Of a DNA stretch of 64,000 nt, positions 10,187-20,618 are shown in pieces. This stretch comes from an uncultured Poribacteria bacterium (GTDB lineage: Bacteria > Poribacteria > WGA-4E > WGA-3G), in the NCBI GenBank assembly GCA_958296135.2, contig CATQHZ020000001.1, positions 224,001 through 288,000 on the forward strand, read 5' to 3'. Numbering within the stretch: the stretch's first letter is position 1; each line of letters opens with the position of its first letter. Below the pieces are notes generated by a model. That model was not told the DNA's origin. It saw only the letters and a list, made by a program, of their open reading frames with translations, and ran no database searches. The translations under genes were made by a program, and so were the position numbers.

Positions 10187-10456
10187 TCATGATGTCGGTG
10201 CTGAAATCCTAAAGCCGATTCGATGAACGGATCGGGCTCCTATGCGGAGACTGTAGATGACTGCTACGGGACGTTTTTCGAGCAGACTCGTCATGGAAGT
10301 CAACTCGTCATCGTCAATTTCGTAGTCACCTGTTTCAATATCGAGCGCAAGAAACCTGCCTTTATGCTGAGGTTCAACTTTGGCGCGGAGTTGCTGCCGA
10401 TAAAGTTCTTCTCCCTTGCTTCCGACAGTTTCGGAGGTATAATTGGCATACGCCAT
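10187..10456 (-). CDS. Small conserved hypothetical protein
   Basis: G.F.A.DIETGDYE.D.D pattern typical of small DUF5678-like proteins; RBS AGGAG. Confidence 0.65.
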   Translation of the reverse strand: MAYANYTSETVGSKGEELYRQQLRAKVEPQHKGRFLALDIETGDYEIDDDELTSMTSLLEKRPVAVIYSLRIGARSVHRIGFRISAPTS

Positions 10457-10542
10457 GCTCATTCTCCTATTTGCAACAAGACTGACGCAAATTCTTTTCC
10501 GCCGGTAGGCGCGCTTTGCTGTCCTGAGCGGTGAATTGGGTG

Positions 10543-12390
10543 TCAGATAATCGCCTTTATCTTCCGCACGATAGCGTCCGCACTGATGCCATGGCGTTCA
10601 AGCAGTTCCTCTGGTTTGCCAGAACGCGGCATCCCCGTGACTGCAAGTTTGTGGACGCGAATACCTGCCGTTGCAACAGCATCTAGCACAGCATCGCCGA
10701 GCCCGCCTTCCGGATAATGGTCTTCAACGGTGACGAGGGTGCCGTTCGTATCTGCAGCTGCTTTGCGGAGTGCCGCCGCGTCAATCGGCTTCACAGAGTA
10801 TACGTCTATCACGCGGATAGAGATGCCCTCATCGCGAAGCGCATCGTGTGCCTTTAACGCCTCGTGAAGCGTCACACCAGCCGCGACAACGGTGACGCTG
10901 TCGTTTTCACACTCGCGCACCACCTTGCTGCCGCCGATGGAGAACTGTGCCTCGTTTCTATAGAGTATCGCCGTTTTCGGACGCGACGTGCGGATGTAAA
11001 CAATGCCTTCATGCGCAGCGGCTTCGGCGACGAGACGTTCGGCGGAGACTGCATCACTCGGATACAGCACCACTGAACCCGGAATCGCACGGAACATGGC
11101 GATGTCCTCTAAGCCCATCTGCGAAGGACCATCTTCGCCGATGGAGACACCGCAATGTGAGCCGACGTACTTAATGTTCGCCTGAGAAATGGCGGACATC
11201 CGAACCTGATCATAGGCACGGGACAAAAACGCCGCAAATGTCGAGACGAACGGAATCTTACCGCGCTTGGCTAACCCAATCCCCGTCCCTACCAAATTCT
11301 GCTCGGCGATGAACATCTCAAAATACCGGTTAGGATAGAGTGCCATGAATTGCTCGGCATAGGTGGAGTTTTTGGTATCGCCATCTAAAGCGACAACGTT
11401 GAGATTCGCGCCGCCGACTTTGGCGAGGCCGGTGCCGTAGCCGCCCCGCGTCGCAACCTCTTCATCGGGTTGGTAGGCAGGTGGTTCGCACGGGCTCGGT
11501 TGCAAACCACGGCTACCGTCTGTGTTCACGGGCGTAGGTGCTTCAATCTGGACGTTGCCGTTTGTTTGCAGCGGCTCGAGTTCAGCCAACGCTTTGTCCA
11601 ATTCTTCGCCTTTGGCGAGAGCCTTTCCGTGCCAGCCATCTGCGTTTTCAAGGAAAGAAACGCCTTTGCCCTTGAAAGTCTTCGCGACTATCATCGTCGG
11701 TTTATCGGCGGATGCTTTCGCCTGCGCCAGCGCGGGCAAGATGTCGTCAAAATCGTGCCCATCAATGCCGATGGCGTTCCAGCCGAACGCTTCAAAACGG
11801 CGGCAGTACGTCTCGATATCAAACGCGTACATGGTGCGTTGACTCTGCCCGAGCGCGTTGACATCGACAATCCCGATGAGGTTGTTGAGTTGGTAATGCG
11901 ATGCCAGTGCTGCCGCTTCCCACACGCTCCCCTCCGCGATTTCGCCATCGCCGAGGAGGACGTAGACGCGGTAATCGGCGTTGTCGAGGTATTTGCAGCT
12001 GAGTGCCATGCCGAGGCCGAGCGACAATCCCTGTCCGAGTGAACCTGTCGCCACTTCTGTCCAATCAAACCTCGGGGTAGGATGTCCTTCAAGGATACTG
12101 TCGATTTGGCGCAGCGTGAGCAACGCTTCGGGGGCAAGGATGCCGGCCTCCGCGTAGGCGGCGTAAAGCAGTGGGGCGGCGTGTCCCTTGGATAAGATGA
12201 ACCTATCGTTGTTCGGGTGCTGTGCATCGCCCGGTTCATAGCGCATCGCGTGAAAGAAGAGCGCGGAAACGATGTCCGCGGACGAGAGGCACGTCGTCGG
12301 ATGCCCAGAGCCTGCCTCCGCTGTGGAGACAAGCGAGTGGATGCGTAAGTTAGTCGCTTTCTGTGTTAGAAAATGTTTCAGGTTTTCCAC
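10543..12390 (-). CDS. tkt: Transketolase
   Basis: GSGHPT, DRFILSKGHA, TGSLGQGL, GDGE..EG..WEA, IAEQN, GEDGPSQ motifs. Confidence 0.95.
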   Translation of the reverse strand: MENLKHFLTQKATNLRIHSLVSTAEAGSGHPTTCLSSADIVSALFFHAMRYEPGDAQHPNNDRFILSKGHAAPLLYAAYAEAGILAPEALLTLRQIDSILEGHPTPRFDWTEVATGSLGQGLSLGLGMALSCKYLDNADYRVYVLLGDGEIAEGSVWEAAALASHYQLNNLIGIVDVNALGQSQRTMYAFDIETYCRRFEAFGWNAIGIDGHDFDDILPALAQAKASADKPTMIVAKTFKGKGVSFLENADGWHGKALAKGEELDKALAELEPLQTNGNVQIEAPTPVNTDGSRGLQPSPCEPPAYQPDEEVATRGGYGTGLAKVGGANLNVVALDGDTKNSTYAEQFMALYPNRYFEMFIAEQNLVGTGIGLAKRGKIPFVSTFAAFLSRAYDQVRMSAISQANIKYVGSHCGVSIGEDGPSQMGLEDIAMFRAIPGSVVLYPSDAVSAERLVAEAAAHEGIVYIRTSRPKTAILYRNEAQFSIGGSKVVRECENDSVTVVAAGVTLHEALKAHDALRDEGISIRVIDVYSVKPIDAAALRKAAADTNGTLVTVEDHYPEGGLGDAVLDAVATAGIRVHKLAVTGMPRSGKPEELLERHGISADAIVRKIKAII

Positions 12391-12468
12391 AAATGCTTTC
12401 CTATCGGTTCTTCAGAACAGACGCAGACGTGTGGGAAGGCTTTTCTGCATCCATCCTGCAAAAGATTG

Positions 12469-13098
12469 TCATTCGCGCCGTGTTTTCAACGTTTCAAGGC
12501 GCCGTTGCGCAGCGACAACGAGGTAATGCCCGCCGCCTCGGTTTGCGAAGAGGGCGATGAGGGATTCAAGCACTTCAGCCGCCTGCTGGAAATCCTCGGT
12601 TTTGACGTAGGACTCCGCCTGCCAATACATTGATTTTGCAATAATTGCGTTCGGCGCACCGGTGCCGCGTCTCCGCTCGTTTTCGATGGCAGCTTGGAAT
12701 TTCCCGATTGCCTCTTCGTAATTTTTCTCTTCGTAATAGGCGGTGACCGCGTCGGCATAGGCGAAGTTACCTATTTCACGTGGCCGAAACTGCTGAATTT
12801 CAACAGGCGGTTCTTCTACCGGCGGAGAGAAATCGTCTTCCGCTGCCTCTACCGATTCGCTGTAGGCATCGTCTTCGTCCTCCTCGTCCTCTTCATCCTC
12901 TTCGTCCTCTTCATCGTCCCCGTAGGGGTAGTCCGGTTCTTCCTCGTCGTCTTCGTCCCCAAAGTCGGCGAGTTCTTCGGGGGGGATGGAAGGATCGAAT
13001 ATCACCTCAGGCGGCAGGAGTGATTTCTCTTTATCTGCCTCGCGCGGATGCTCGATGTTATCGAATTCTTTGATGAGTTCACCAAAGTTGCGTGCCAT
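12469..13098 (-). CDS. TPR-containing protein with acidic low-complexity N-terminal region
   Basis: D/E-rich tract; Y..A...YY.EKNYEEAI..F and YWQAESY TPR-like helices. Confidence 0.75.
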   Translation of the reverse strand: MARNFGELIKEFDNIEHPREADKEKSLLPPEVIFDPSIPPEELADFGDEDDEEEPDYPYGDDEEDEEDEEDEEDEDDAYSESVEAAEDDFSPPVEEPPVEIQQFRPREIGNFAYADAVTAYYEEKNYEEAIGKFQAAIENERRRGTGAPNAIIAKSMYWQAESYVKTEDFQQAAEVLESLIALFANRGGGHYLVVAAQRRLETLKTRRE

Positions 13099-13450
13099 TT
13101 GAGTGCCTTTCCTATTTTACCCTACCGGCAGTTTTGAAAACGTCCAGGCGGGCTGCTAATACCAAATGAGGTTGATGCGTCTCGCCTCAAATGGTGTAAG
13201 TCAACGTCATTCGCCAATAAGCCGTTGAACAACGCGTTGCGAACAACAAAACATCGTGCTGCGTCAAACTCGCCGGTGGTTAAGTGCCGACGAGAGTGAC
13301 ACAGTCAGATACGGCGGCCGCTGGGAGGTTGGAACTCCACTTTGCGGCCGCGCAGAAAATTTCATCAGGACTTATGCAAACGCCTAAAACACCTGTCCGG
13401 TAGCCATGTTTTGTAAGCGCGCCTACAGGGTTTGTTCTGCGTCTGTCCTA

Positions 13451-14263
13451 TTAATACTTGACTTTTACGTCTGCCCAGGTGGTAGTCATTTTGTCGGCCG
13501 GCTCGACTGCCAGCACGGCGAAATAGAGTCCATCTTTCATGAGTTTCTGGATATCCTCTTCCGCGAGAGCGACGCTGAAGATTGCGACTTCGTCGATGAG
13601 GACTTCCCCGAACCGCGCACCGCCGCAGCAATCGTCAAAGCCGATATTGACGGGGCCGGAATCCAGATCGATCGGATTTTTGGCGAGATCCATCGCGCTC
13701 GCCTCTTCCCCATCGATGTAGATATACCACTCGCCGGTTTTGCTATTAAACGTAGTGGTATACATGTGCCATTCGGTAATATCTTTGGGGCCGATTTCGC
13801 CATCGCGCCAGCCGCCGGGTTTATTCCAGCATCCGCCATTGCAAATCGGCCAGGAAACGTTTTTGGTGCCCTGGTTCGGATGAATGATGTAGGCGTTCCG
13901 TTTTTCCACCATAAATCCGTGCTGATTCCAGGTATCGGTGAGGCTTTTCACCCAGATAGATACCGTAATCTCTGCAGTGGAGTTCTCGTGGTCTGGAATT
14001 TGAACGTAGGCACCTTGGCCATCGAGTTCAAGGCCTTCGCCAAACTTGCCCTTCACCCATTTCGGCTTGCCTTGGAGCTCACCGTCGAGGCCATTTCCGG
14101 ACGCATCCGTGGCGATTTTGCCTTGGCCTTCATCGAAAAGCCAGAGGCCGACGACGGTATCCGCATCGATGGCGGCGGGTGCGTTCGCGGTGAACCAAAT
14201 GCCTCCGCCTGCAAAAATGATGCCGATGCAGGCGAGAAAAACGCTTTTAACGCTAAAGTTCAT
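13451..14263 (-). CDS. Secreted LamG-like jellyroll protein
   Basis: Signal peptide, GLWLFDEG.G, GKFGEGLE.DG, IDEVAIF; C-terminal AVEPADKMTTTWADVK. Confidence 0.9.
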   Translation of the reverse strand: MNFSVKSVFLACIGIIFAGGGIWFTANAPAAIDADTVVGLWLFDEGQGKIATDASGNGLDGELQGKPKWVKGKFGEGLELDGQGAYVQIPDHENSTAEITVSIWVKSLTDTWNQHGFMVEKRNAYIIHPNQGTKNVSWPICNGGCWNKPGGWRDGEIGPKDITEWHMYTTTFNSKTGEWYIYIDGEEASAMDLAKNPIDLDSGPVNIGFDDCCGGARFGEVLIDEVAIFSVALAEEDIQKLMKDGLYFAVLAVEPADKMTTTWADVKVKY

Positions 14264-14380
14264 TCTAATGTTACCTCCTGTTCGCGCTTATTTCTCAGGA
14301 CGATTCAGTTTTCAAATGTGCGCCAGTTCTTGCCGCACTACATAACCTATGAGAATCTCGTCAAATGTAGACTTATCTGC

Positions 14381-15596
14381 CTATGCAAAGTCTACGAGTC
14401 TCTGTTCGGTCAGCGGTTTCCTGCTTCTTCCGCGCACACGCGGGTTCTGATGCCAGCCTACCAAAGTAGGTGTTACAGCATCTCCACAGGCGTTTTGGCT
14501 CTCCTCAGTGCTTGAGGCGAGCTGTCGAAGGTTTATAGCGGCGTTAACGTCTCTGTCCTCTACCAATCCGCAGATACCGCAGTGATATTCTCTGTCCTTG
14601 AGCGTCAGTTTGAATTCGCCACGTTTGACGTAGCCACAGGAACTGCATCGCTGTGTTGACGGCCAGAACTTATCTGCCGACACAATGCGGATGCCGCGCC
14701 ACACCGCCTTGTATTTGAGTTTGACGAGGAAGCCGCCAAGACTTGCATCGGCGAGTGCCTTGCTCAGCTTGCGGTTCTTCATCAAACCTTTCACGGTGAG
14801 GCTTTCAATGCCAAGTGCCGAGATGCCTTGCAGGATGCGATGTGTCACCTGATGATGGGCATCGGTTCTCACATTGGCGATACGGGCATGCAGGCGGGCG
14901 AGGCGTTCCTTCGCCTTCCACCAGTTTTTGCTCATGAACGTCTTGCGGGCGAGTGCCTTATTTGCACGGCGTAGTTTGCGTTCATTGACACGCAAGGCAC
15001 GCGGATTTTCGTAGACAGTGCCATCGTCCATCGTAGCGAGGGCAGAGATGCCGACATCACAACCTGCAGGGGGCAGTGCTGACGTGTCGGGCGGTTCCGG
15101 TTCATTAACTTCGACAAGGATGCTGAGATACCATCGATGTGCGATTCGCTTAACGAAAGCACGGCGAACTTCACCTGTCCATCGAGGGTTTTCATGCAAC
15201 CTAACCTGTCCAATTATCGGAAGGACGACGTGTTTACCGTCCGCCGTCATTTTGACAGTATTGACACCATTATCAATCTGGAACGCAGGGGCAGACTTAT
15301 GCGTCTTCCGTTTGGGCGCACCATTCTGTCCCGATTTGTATCTGGCGATAGCATCACCGAAAGCGTGGATAGCAGTCTTGCCTGCGTTTTGAGAACACGC
15401 GGCGAATTCGGGGAACACCTCGCGCTTCCGTGAGTTGAAGATTTTCTTCAAATCGTAGAGAGAGTTACGGCGGTCGGCGTTCCAATCAGAATGTGCGGCA
15501 TTATATGCAACACGGGCGAAATCCACGTGACGACAGAACATCGCAACTTGTTCCTCGCTAGGGTTGAGTGCTATCTTCTGGGCTCGTAGTGCCATA
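14381..15596 (-). CDS. tnpB: RNA-guided endonuclease TnpB
   Basis: N-terminal HTH (KIALNP..EQ), RuvC residues GCDVG / GIESL / DRDVNAA, Zn ribbon CSSC..CGIC; start may be the GTG at 15622. Confidence 0.93.
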
Positions 15597-15696
15597 GAGT
15601 CACCGTTCCCGTTGGGTGTCACCTGCTGCTAGATAGGTGGGGCGAGAGACACGGCGGGAAGCCGCGCCTAGCAGTCTCGCCCCCAACGGTAACTAT

Positions 15697-15725
15697 ATTA
15701 TACCACAAAATCAAGCGGAATGCAA
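15697..15725 (-). promoter_or_regulatory. Sigma70-type promoter for tnpB
   Basis: Minus strand TTGCAT-17 nt-TATAAT with extended TG. Confidence 0.65.
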
Positions 15726-15897
15726 GTCAAAATGCACACTGTTAGATTAGGGCAGATACTCCTAGTATCTCATAGAGTTATCGTCACTGCACCGAGCCCT
15801 ATTGAACGTGCCCGATGCCGATACGATGACAGTTGAGCGAACTGAATCGTTCTGGGCTTATCTATAGAAAATCTGCCAACAACATTTCAATACGTCT

Positions 15898-15974
15898 ATG
15901 ATAACAAATTTTCAGAAATATGTCAAGAGAAAAAAACGAAAAAAGTTGACAGCAAATCGATTTCTGTCTATAAT
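15898..15974. promoter_or_regulatory. Divergent sigma70 promoter pair
   Basis: Minus TTGACA-17-TATCAT (15926-15898); plus TTGACA-17-TATAAT (15946-15974). Confidence 0.6.
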
Positions 15975-16064
15975 AAATGATAAAGGCATGATACGAGAAG
16001 TTCCAAGTTTTAAAAGGAGCAGATTTGCCGTATTTTCAGGAAAGGACACACGCTTAACAGGGAT

Positions 16065-17117
16065 ATGAAGCGAATAGGACTGATTTTTTTATTTTTGATG
16101 CTCTGTGGGAGTGCCGCGCGCGCGCGCGGCGAAACTGTCTTTATTGCGCAGGCGGAACCACAGGCGGTAACCGAACCGGCAGTGCAAACGCCCCACACGG
16201 TGCCAAAGCTGGAGACAGAAGAAACGGCGGAAGTCAGCGGCGCGCCGGTGGAGACTTCGGCCGCGATGCCGCCGGCAGTTGAAGAACCTGTCGCAACAGA
16301 ACCGCCGTGGGAGGGAAAGCGGCGTGTGCTAAAAATCGTTAACGATTATCGGTTGGCGGCGGACGAAGTGGTGACGACGCTCATCATCATCGCCGGGAAC
16401 GCGACGCTACACGGGACAGTCACCGGGAATGTGCTGGTGCTTGGCGGCGATGTGGCACTCGCACCGATGGCACAGATACATGGGACGCTGCGCGTTATCG
16501 GTGGGCAAGTGAGTGGCGGCACCGGAATGGAGCGGCATATCTACGTCCACAACGGCTGGCGCGCGGTGCCGGCGGGAACGCGTCTCCTCATGCAGCCGCA
16601 CACTGTCTGGGGAATTAGCAAGCGCGGCAACTTGTGGTTAACCATCGCAAAGTTTGCGATTTCCACGCTTACCTATCTGCTATTGGCAATCGTTTTCTCA
16701 CGGCAGGTTCAGCGAATGGAGAGGCGGATGAGCGAACATCCCATCGGGACAGTGCTGTTTGGCATCCTGATGCTCGTCTTTATGCCAGTGCTGCTCGCTG
16801 TGTTGACGCTATCAATTGTCGGCATCCCATGCCTGTTCCTGGTTTTAGGCGTGTTGTTTAGCCTAGCGATTTACGGGAAGACAGCAATTTTCCTCTTGAT
16901 AGGGGGCACCTTGCTGTCGGGACGTTTGAAACCGCTCGCTGTCATTTTCGGCTACCTCCTCTATTTTATGGCGACTTCGGTGCCTTATATTGATTGGGTA
17001 ACGTTTCTGGTTGTCAATTCCATCGCAATCGGCAGCTGCTTGCTGAGTGGTGCTGGAAAAAACGCACCGCGGCTGAGCAGGCATGCTTATACGCCTCAAA
17101 CGGCTGTCCATTACTAG
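16065..17117 (+). CDS. Membrane protein with bactofilin-like beta-helix and multi-TM C-terminus
   Basis: Signal peptide, IAGNATLHGTVTGNVLVLGGDV repeats, several hydrophobic helices. Confidence 0.75.
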   Translation: MKRIGLIFLFLMLCGSAARARGETVFIAQAEPQAVTEPAVQTPHTVPKLETEETAEVSGAPVETSAAMPPAVEEPVATEPPWEGKRRVLKIVNDYRLAADEVVTTLIIIAGNATLHGTVTGNVLVLGGDVALAPMAQIHGTLRVIGGQVSGGTGMERHIYVHNGWRAVPAGTRLLMQPHTVWGISKRGNLWLTIAKFAISTLTYLLLAIVFSRQVQRMERRMSEHPIGTVLFGILMLVFMPVLLAVLTLSIVGIPCLFLVLGVLFSLAIYGKTAIFLLIGGTLLSGRLKPLAVIFGYLLYFMATSVPYIDWVTFLVVNSIAIGSCLLSGAGKNAPRLSRHAYTPQTAVHY

Positions 17118-17217
17118 CTGCATGGGATTTCTCCCACAGAAACGTAACGTCAAGACAGCCTGATAGACGAAGTTGCCATCACAGACGTTGTGGAACAACG
17201 CGCCGCGAACAACAAAA

Positions 17218-18219
17218 ATGGGATTCAAGACACCTCTTTTTTTAACGCTGCTCATTGTATTGCCGGTGTTGGGCGGCTATTTGTGGTGGATGCGCCGTGG
17301 CAGGCGTGCCATCGCGCCGATGCGCATGAATTTTTCGGACATTGGCGCAATGCAGCAACTACCGAAAACGGTGGCTGTGAAAGCACTCCCACTACTGAAG
17401 GTGCTCAGATTGAGTGCCGTGGCACTACTCATCTGTGCCCTCGCGCAACCGCAGCTCTCGCAAAGCCGTGAACAGAAATTCTATGAGGGCATTGATATTT
17501 TACTCGTGCTTGACATCTCGGAGAGCATGCGCGCCGAGGATTTTCAAAACGCGAATAGAATCCAGACTGCGAAAACTGTCATCACCGATTTCTTGGAAAA
17601 CCGCAAAAATGACCGGATTGGGTTAGTCGTTTTCTCCGGTGAAAGTTTCACGCTGTGTCCGTTAACGCTGGATTATCCAATACTAATCGAACTGCTCCGC
17701 GAAGTGAAAATCGGGCAACTGGCAGATGGCACCGCCATCGGCGATGCAATTGCGACTGCCACGCATCGGCTCCGCACCTCCGATGCAAAGAGCAAAATCG
17801 TCATCCTGTTAACGGATGGAGAAAACAACGCCGGCACAATTCAGCCGAATGCAGCAGCAGAACTGGCGGCATCCCTCGGCATTAAAGTCTATACTATTGG
17901 CATGGGCAAGGAGGGCGGCGCGCTGATTCCTTATGAGGATACCACCTTCGGCAAACGCTACCGCGAGGTATTGACGTATCTTGACGAGGATACCCTCACA
18001 CAGATTGCTGGCATGACACGCGGCCGCTATTTTCGTGCCACCGACACGCAATCGCTGACAAATATATACGCCGAGATTGATAGGTTTGAGAAGACGAAGT
18101 TTGAGGTTGTCACATCGGTAGACTACAAAGCACTCGCGCCCTATTTCTTAATGCCGGCAGTGTTGCTGTTGGGTTTGGAGATGCTGCTGAGCAACACGGT
18201 GCTGCGGAAAATTCCGTAA
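17218..18219 (+). CDS. batA: BatA-like VWA domain protein
   Basis: DISESM MIDAS, DRIGLVVF, GTAIGDA, LLTDGENN, GRYFRAT, flanking TM helices. Confidence 0.88.
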   Translation: MGFKTPLFLTLLIVLPVLGGYLWWMRRGRRAIAPMRMNFSDIGAMQQLPKTVAVKALPLLKVLRLSAVALLICALAQPQLSQSREQKFYEGIDILLVLDISESMRAEDFQNANRIQTAKTVITDFLENRKNDRIGLVVFSGESFTLCPLTLDYPILIELLREVKIGQLADGTAIGDAIATATHRLRTSDAKSKIVILLTDGENNAGTIQPNAAAELAASLGIKVYTIGMGKEGGALIPYEDTTFGKRYREVLTYLDEDTLTQIAGMTRGRYFRATDTQSLTNIYAEIDRFEKTKFEVVTSVDYKALAPYFLMPAVLLLGLEMLLSNTVLRKIP

Positions 18220-18314
18220 CCCACTGGTGTCCGTAGGACGAGGGCTGCTCACCTGCTGATGTCCGTAGGACGAGGGCCTGTCCCTCGTCATGCCCCGTGT
18301 TTAGGAGAGAAAAT

Positions 18315-19076
18315 ATGAAAAATATCATTGCATGCAATTTAGGAAGTTACAGACAGTTTCGCGAGCGTGCCTATCCGCACTTGGCTGAAATCGGGCTCAC
18401 CAATGTGGAAATCGGCGTGCCTTCCGCCGATGCGGTAGCGGCCGTCCAATCGGAATTGGACGCGCATGGACTGACTGCCACCAGCCTGCTCGGCAGTTGT
18501 GATGTGCAGTCAGAAACGGTTGTCTCGGATTTTCAGACGACGCTGGAAATCGCCGATAAGATGGACGTGAAGGTTATCTTCGTGAGCGTCCATGCCGGCG
18601 AGACTGCCCGGCACGTTGTCTATGAACGCCTCCGCGCCATCGGTGAGAATGCCGCGCCATCGGGCATTAAGGTGTGCCTGGAGACGCACCCAGATCTGGC
18701 GCACAACGGCGACATCGCGCTGGAGACGATGAAGGCCGTCGGGCAGCCAAACATCTGCCTCAATTTTGACACCGGAAACGTCTATTACTACAACCACAAC
18801 GTGACAGCGACTACGGAAGTTCAGAAAGTGCTCCCGCACGTCGGTGCCGTGCATCTGAAGGATACGAACGGCGGCTACCGGACGTGGCATTTCCCAACGC
18901 TCGGCGAAGGCGTTGTCGCTTTCAAAGCCGTATTCCAAACGCTCAACGATGCAGGTTTCTACGGGCCCTTCACTATGGAATTAGAAGGGGTTGAGGGTGA
19001 AAACCTTAACGAAGCCGGTGCAAAAGCGCGCATCGCCGATTCGCTGCAACACCTCAAAGATATCGGAGTGATATAA
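18315..19076 (+). CDS. Sugar phosphate isomerase/epimerase (xylose isomerase-like TIM barrel)
   Basis: LETH, NFDTGN, HLKD, G.G.V.F, GPFTMELE. Confidence 0.88.
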   Translation: MKNIIACNLGSYRQFRERAYPHLAEIGLTNVEIGVPSADAVAAVQSELDAHGLTATSLLGSCDVQSETVVSDFQTTLEIADKMDVKVIFVSVHAGETARHVVYERLRAIGENAAPSGIKVCLETHPDLAHNGDIALETMKAVGQPNICLNFDTGNVYYYNHNVTATTEVQKVLPHVGAVHLKDTNGGYRTWHFPTLGEGVVAFKAVFQTLNDAGFYGPFTMELEGVEGENLNEAGAKARIADSLQHLKDIGVI

Positions 19077-19435
19077 TGGATACGAACGCGTGTATTATCA
19101 GACTGGGTGCGGGGGAACGCGTCAGCGAAGCACTCGGAAAAATGTTAGATACGCCGGATATGACGACGATAGGGGCCTTCGCCGTTTCCAAGGAAAACCC
19201 TACCGAACTTCACTATCACGACTACGATGAGTATTGGTATTTTACCGAAGGGACGACAACGGTAACACTCCGTACGGCTGAGGGACAGCGCGCCTCTTAC
19301 CGCATCGGCGCGGGCGAGCTGGTTGTCACGCCCAAGGGGATTGAGCATGGGCATGTGCCGGACGATGTCGTGAAAGGCGTGCAGTGGGTGAGCGTGATTC
19401 ACCCGGCGGCACGCCGCGGGCATTTATATCGATAA
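19076..19435 (+). CDS. Cupin domain protein
   Basis: HYHDYDEYWYF.EG and G..V.TPKG.EHG cupin motifs; TAATG coupling to the upstream gene. Confidence 0.85.
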   Translation: MDTNACIIRLGAGERVSEALGKMLDTPDMTTIGAFAVSKENPTELHYHDYDEYWYFTEGTTTVTLRTAEGQRASYRIGAGELVVTPKGIEHGHVPDDVVKGVQWVSVIHPAARRGHLYR

Positions 19436-19537
19436 GAGGCGCGAGCTCCCCACGGGCCTGTAAAAATAGGCCCTCGCGAAACTCACCCGGGCGGCGCGGT
19501 CTTGAACCGCGCCGACTAGACAGAAGGAGATGAGACG

Positions 19538-20443
19538 ATGGCAACACAAACAACCTTGATGCCGATGCGGCGGTTGGGAAGAACCGACTTGAAAATCACA
19601 TGCCTCGGCATGGGCGGTGCAGGCATCGGCCGTGCCGATGTCACGGATGACGAGGCGGTTGAAGCTGTTCGCCGCGCGATTGAACTCGGCATCAACTACC
19701 TGGACACCGCGCCGCTCTACGGTGAAAGTGAACGGCGCGTCGGGCTCGCACTGGCAGACGGCTGGCGCGAGAAGATTTTTCTCGCCACCAAAACTGGCAC
19801 ACACCCCGAATGGCGCGGCGACTTCAGCGGTGCCGGCACCCGCCGAAGTGTCGAAAATAGCCTCCAACTGTTAGGCACGGATACCCTCGATGTCTGCCTC
19901 GTGCATGACCCGGGGAGTATGGCACCGGTCGTTGCGAAAGGCGGCGCGTTGGATGAACTGCAACGGATGCGCGAGGAAGGATTAGTCCAATTCATCGGAC
20001 TCGGCGTGCGGCAACACGAATTCCATAAAATCGCCATCCAGACCGGCGTGGTAGACGTGATTTTGACGTATCTCGATTACACGCTACTTAGCCAAACCGC
20101 CGATGAATGGTTGCTGCTGCTTGCAGCGAAGAACGACATCGGCGTTATCAACGGAAGCCCCATCGCAATGGGGCTGCTTGCCGGCGGGGAACCTGATGTA
20201 GCGAAAACTTTGCAGAACGTCCATATTGCAACGGAGGGCGAAAAGGCGCATCGCTTGTGGGAGTGGGCGGTAAAAAATGATTTGAATCTGCTGAACCTCG
20301 CCATCCAATTCTGTATCCGGCAACCGCGCATCGCAATGAATCTGACAGGTGCCAAGAATGCAACGGAGGTGGAGCAGAATTTCGCCGCCGCGACGACACC
20401 GGTACCGGCCGAAGTGTGGGAATTATTGAGTGAGCTGAAGTGA
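19538..20443 (+). CDS. Aldo/keto reductase
   Basis: LGRT, GINYLDTAPLYGESE, ATK, SL..LGTD.LD...VHD. Confidence 0.92.
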   Translation: MATQTTLMPMRRLGRTDLKITCLGMGGAGIGRADVTDDEAVEAVRRAIELGINYLDTAPLYGESERRVGLALADGWREKIFLATKTGTHPEWRGDFSGAGTRRSVENSLQLLGTDTLDVCLVHDPGSMAPVVAKGGALDELQRMREEGLVQFIGLGVRQHEFHKIAIQTGVVDVILTYLDYTLLSQTADEWLLLLAAKNDIGVINGSPIAMGLLAGGEPDVAKTLQNVHIATEGEKAHRLWEWAVKNDLNLLNLAIQFCIRQPRIAMNLTGAKNATEVEQNFAAATTPVPAEVWELLSELK

Positions 20444-20618
20444 TACCCAATGACGTTGATTTGTCAGCACGGATGTCTATATCCTCTGTTGCGAGTGGAT
20501 AGGGCAGTATCTACGCCCAGGGGACGGCTTAAGTCCCCACCTACCCTGTGGAGGAAGAAACTGGCTAAGGTTTCTGCCGAGTTTCCTGAAGGAAACCTGG
20601 GTTTCTTAAACTTATCTG

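Larger units (their letters stand above)
14342..15781 (-). mobile_element. Non-autonomous tnpB-only IS (IS200/IS605/IS607 superfamily)
   Basis: tnpB with no tnpA; subterminal hairpins at 14367-14395 and 15754-15770; inverted end motifs; boundaries approximate. Confidence 0.7.

Noticed and set aside
13406-14515. 369-aa plus-strand ORF
   Set aside because: Antisense shadow of the LamG gene and the tnpB end; no recognisable motifs.
14381-15622. Cas12f/type V CRISPR effector
   Set aside because: No adjacent array or cas genes; the size and end structures fit IS-encoded TnpB.
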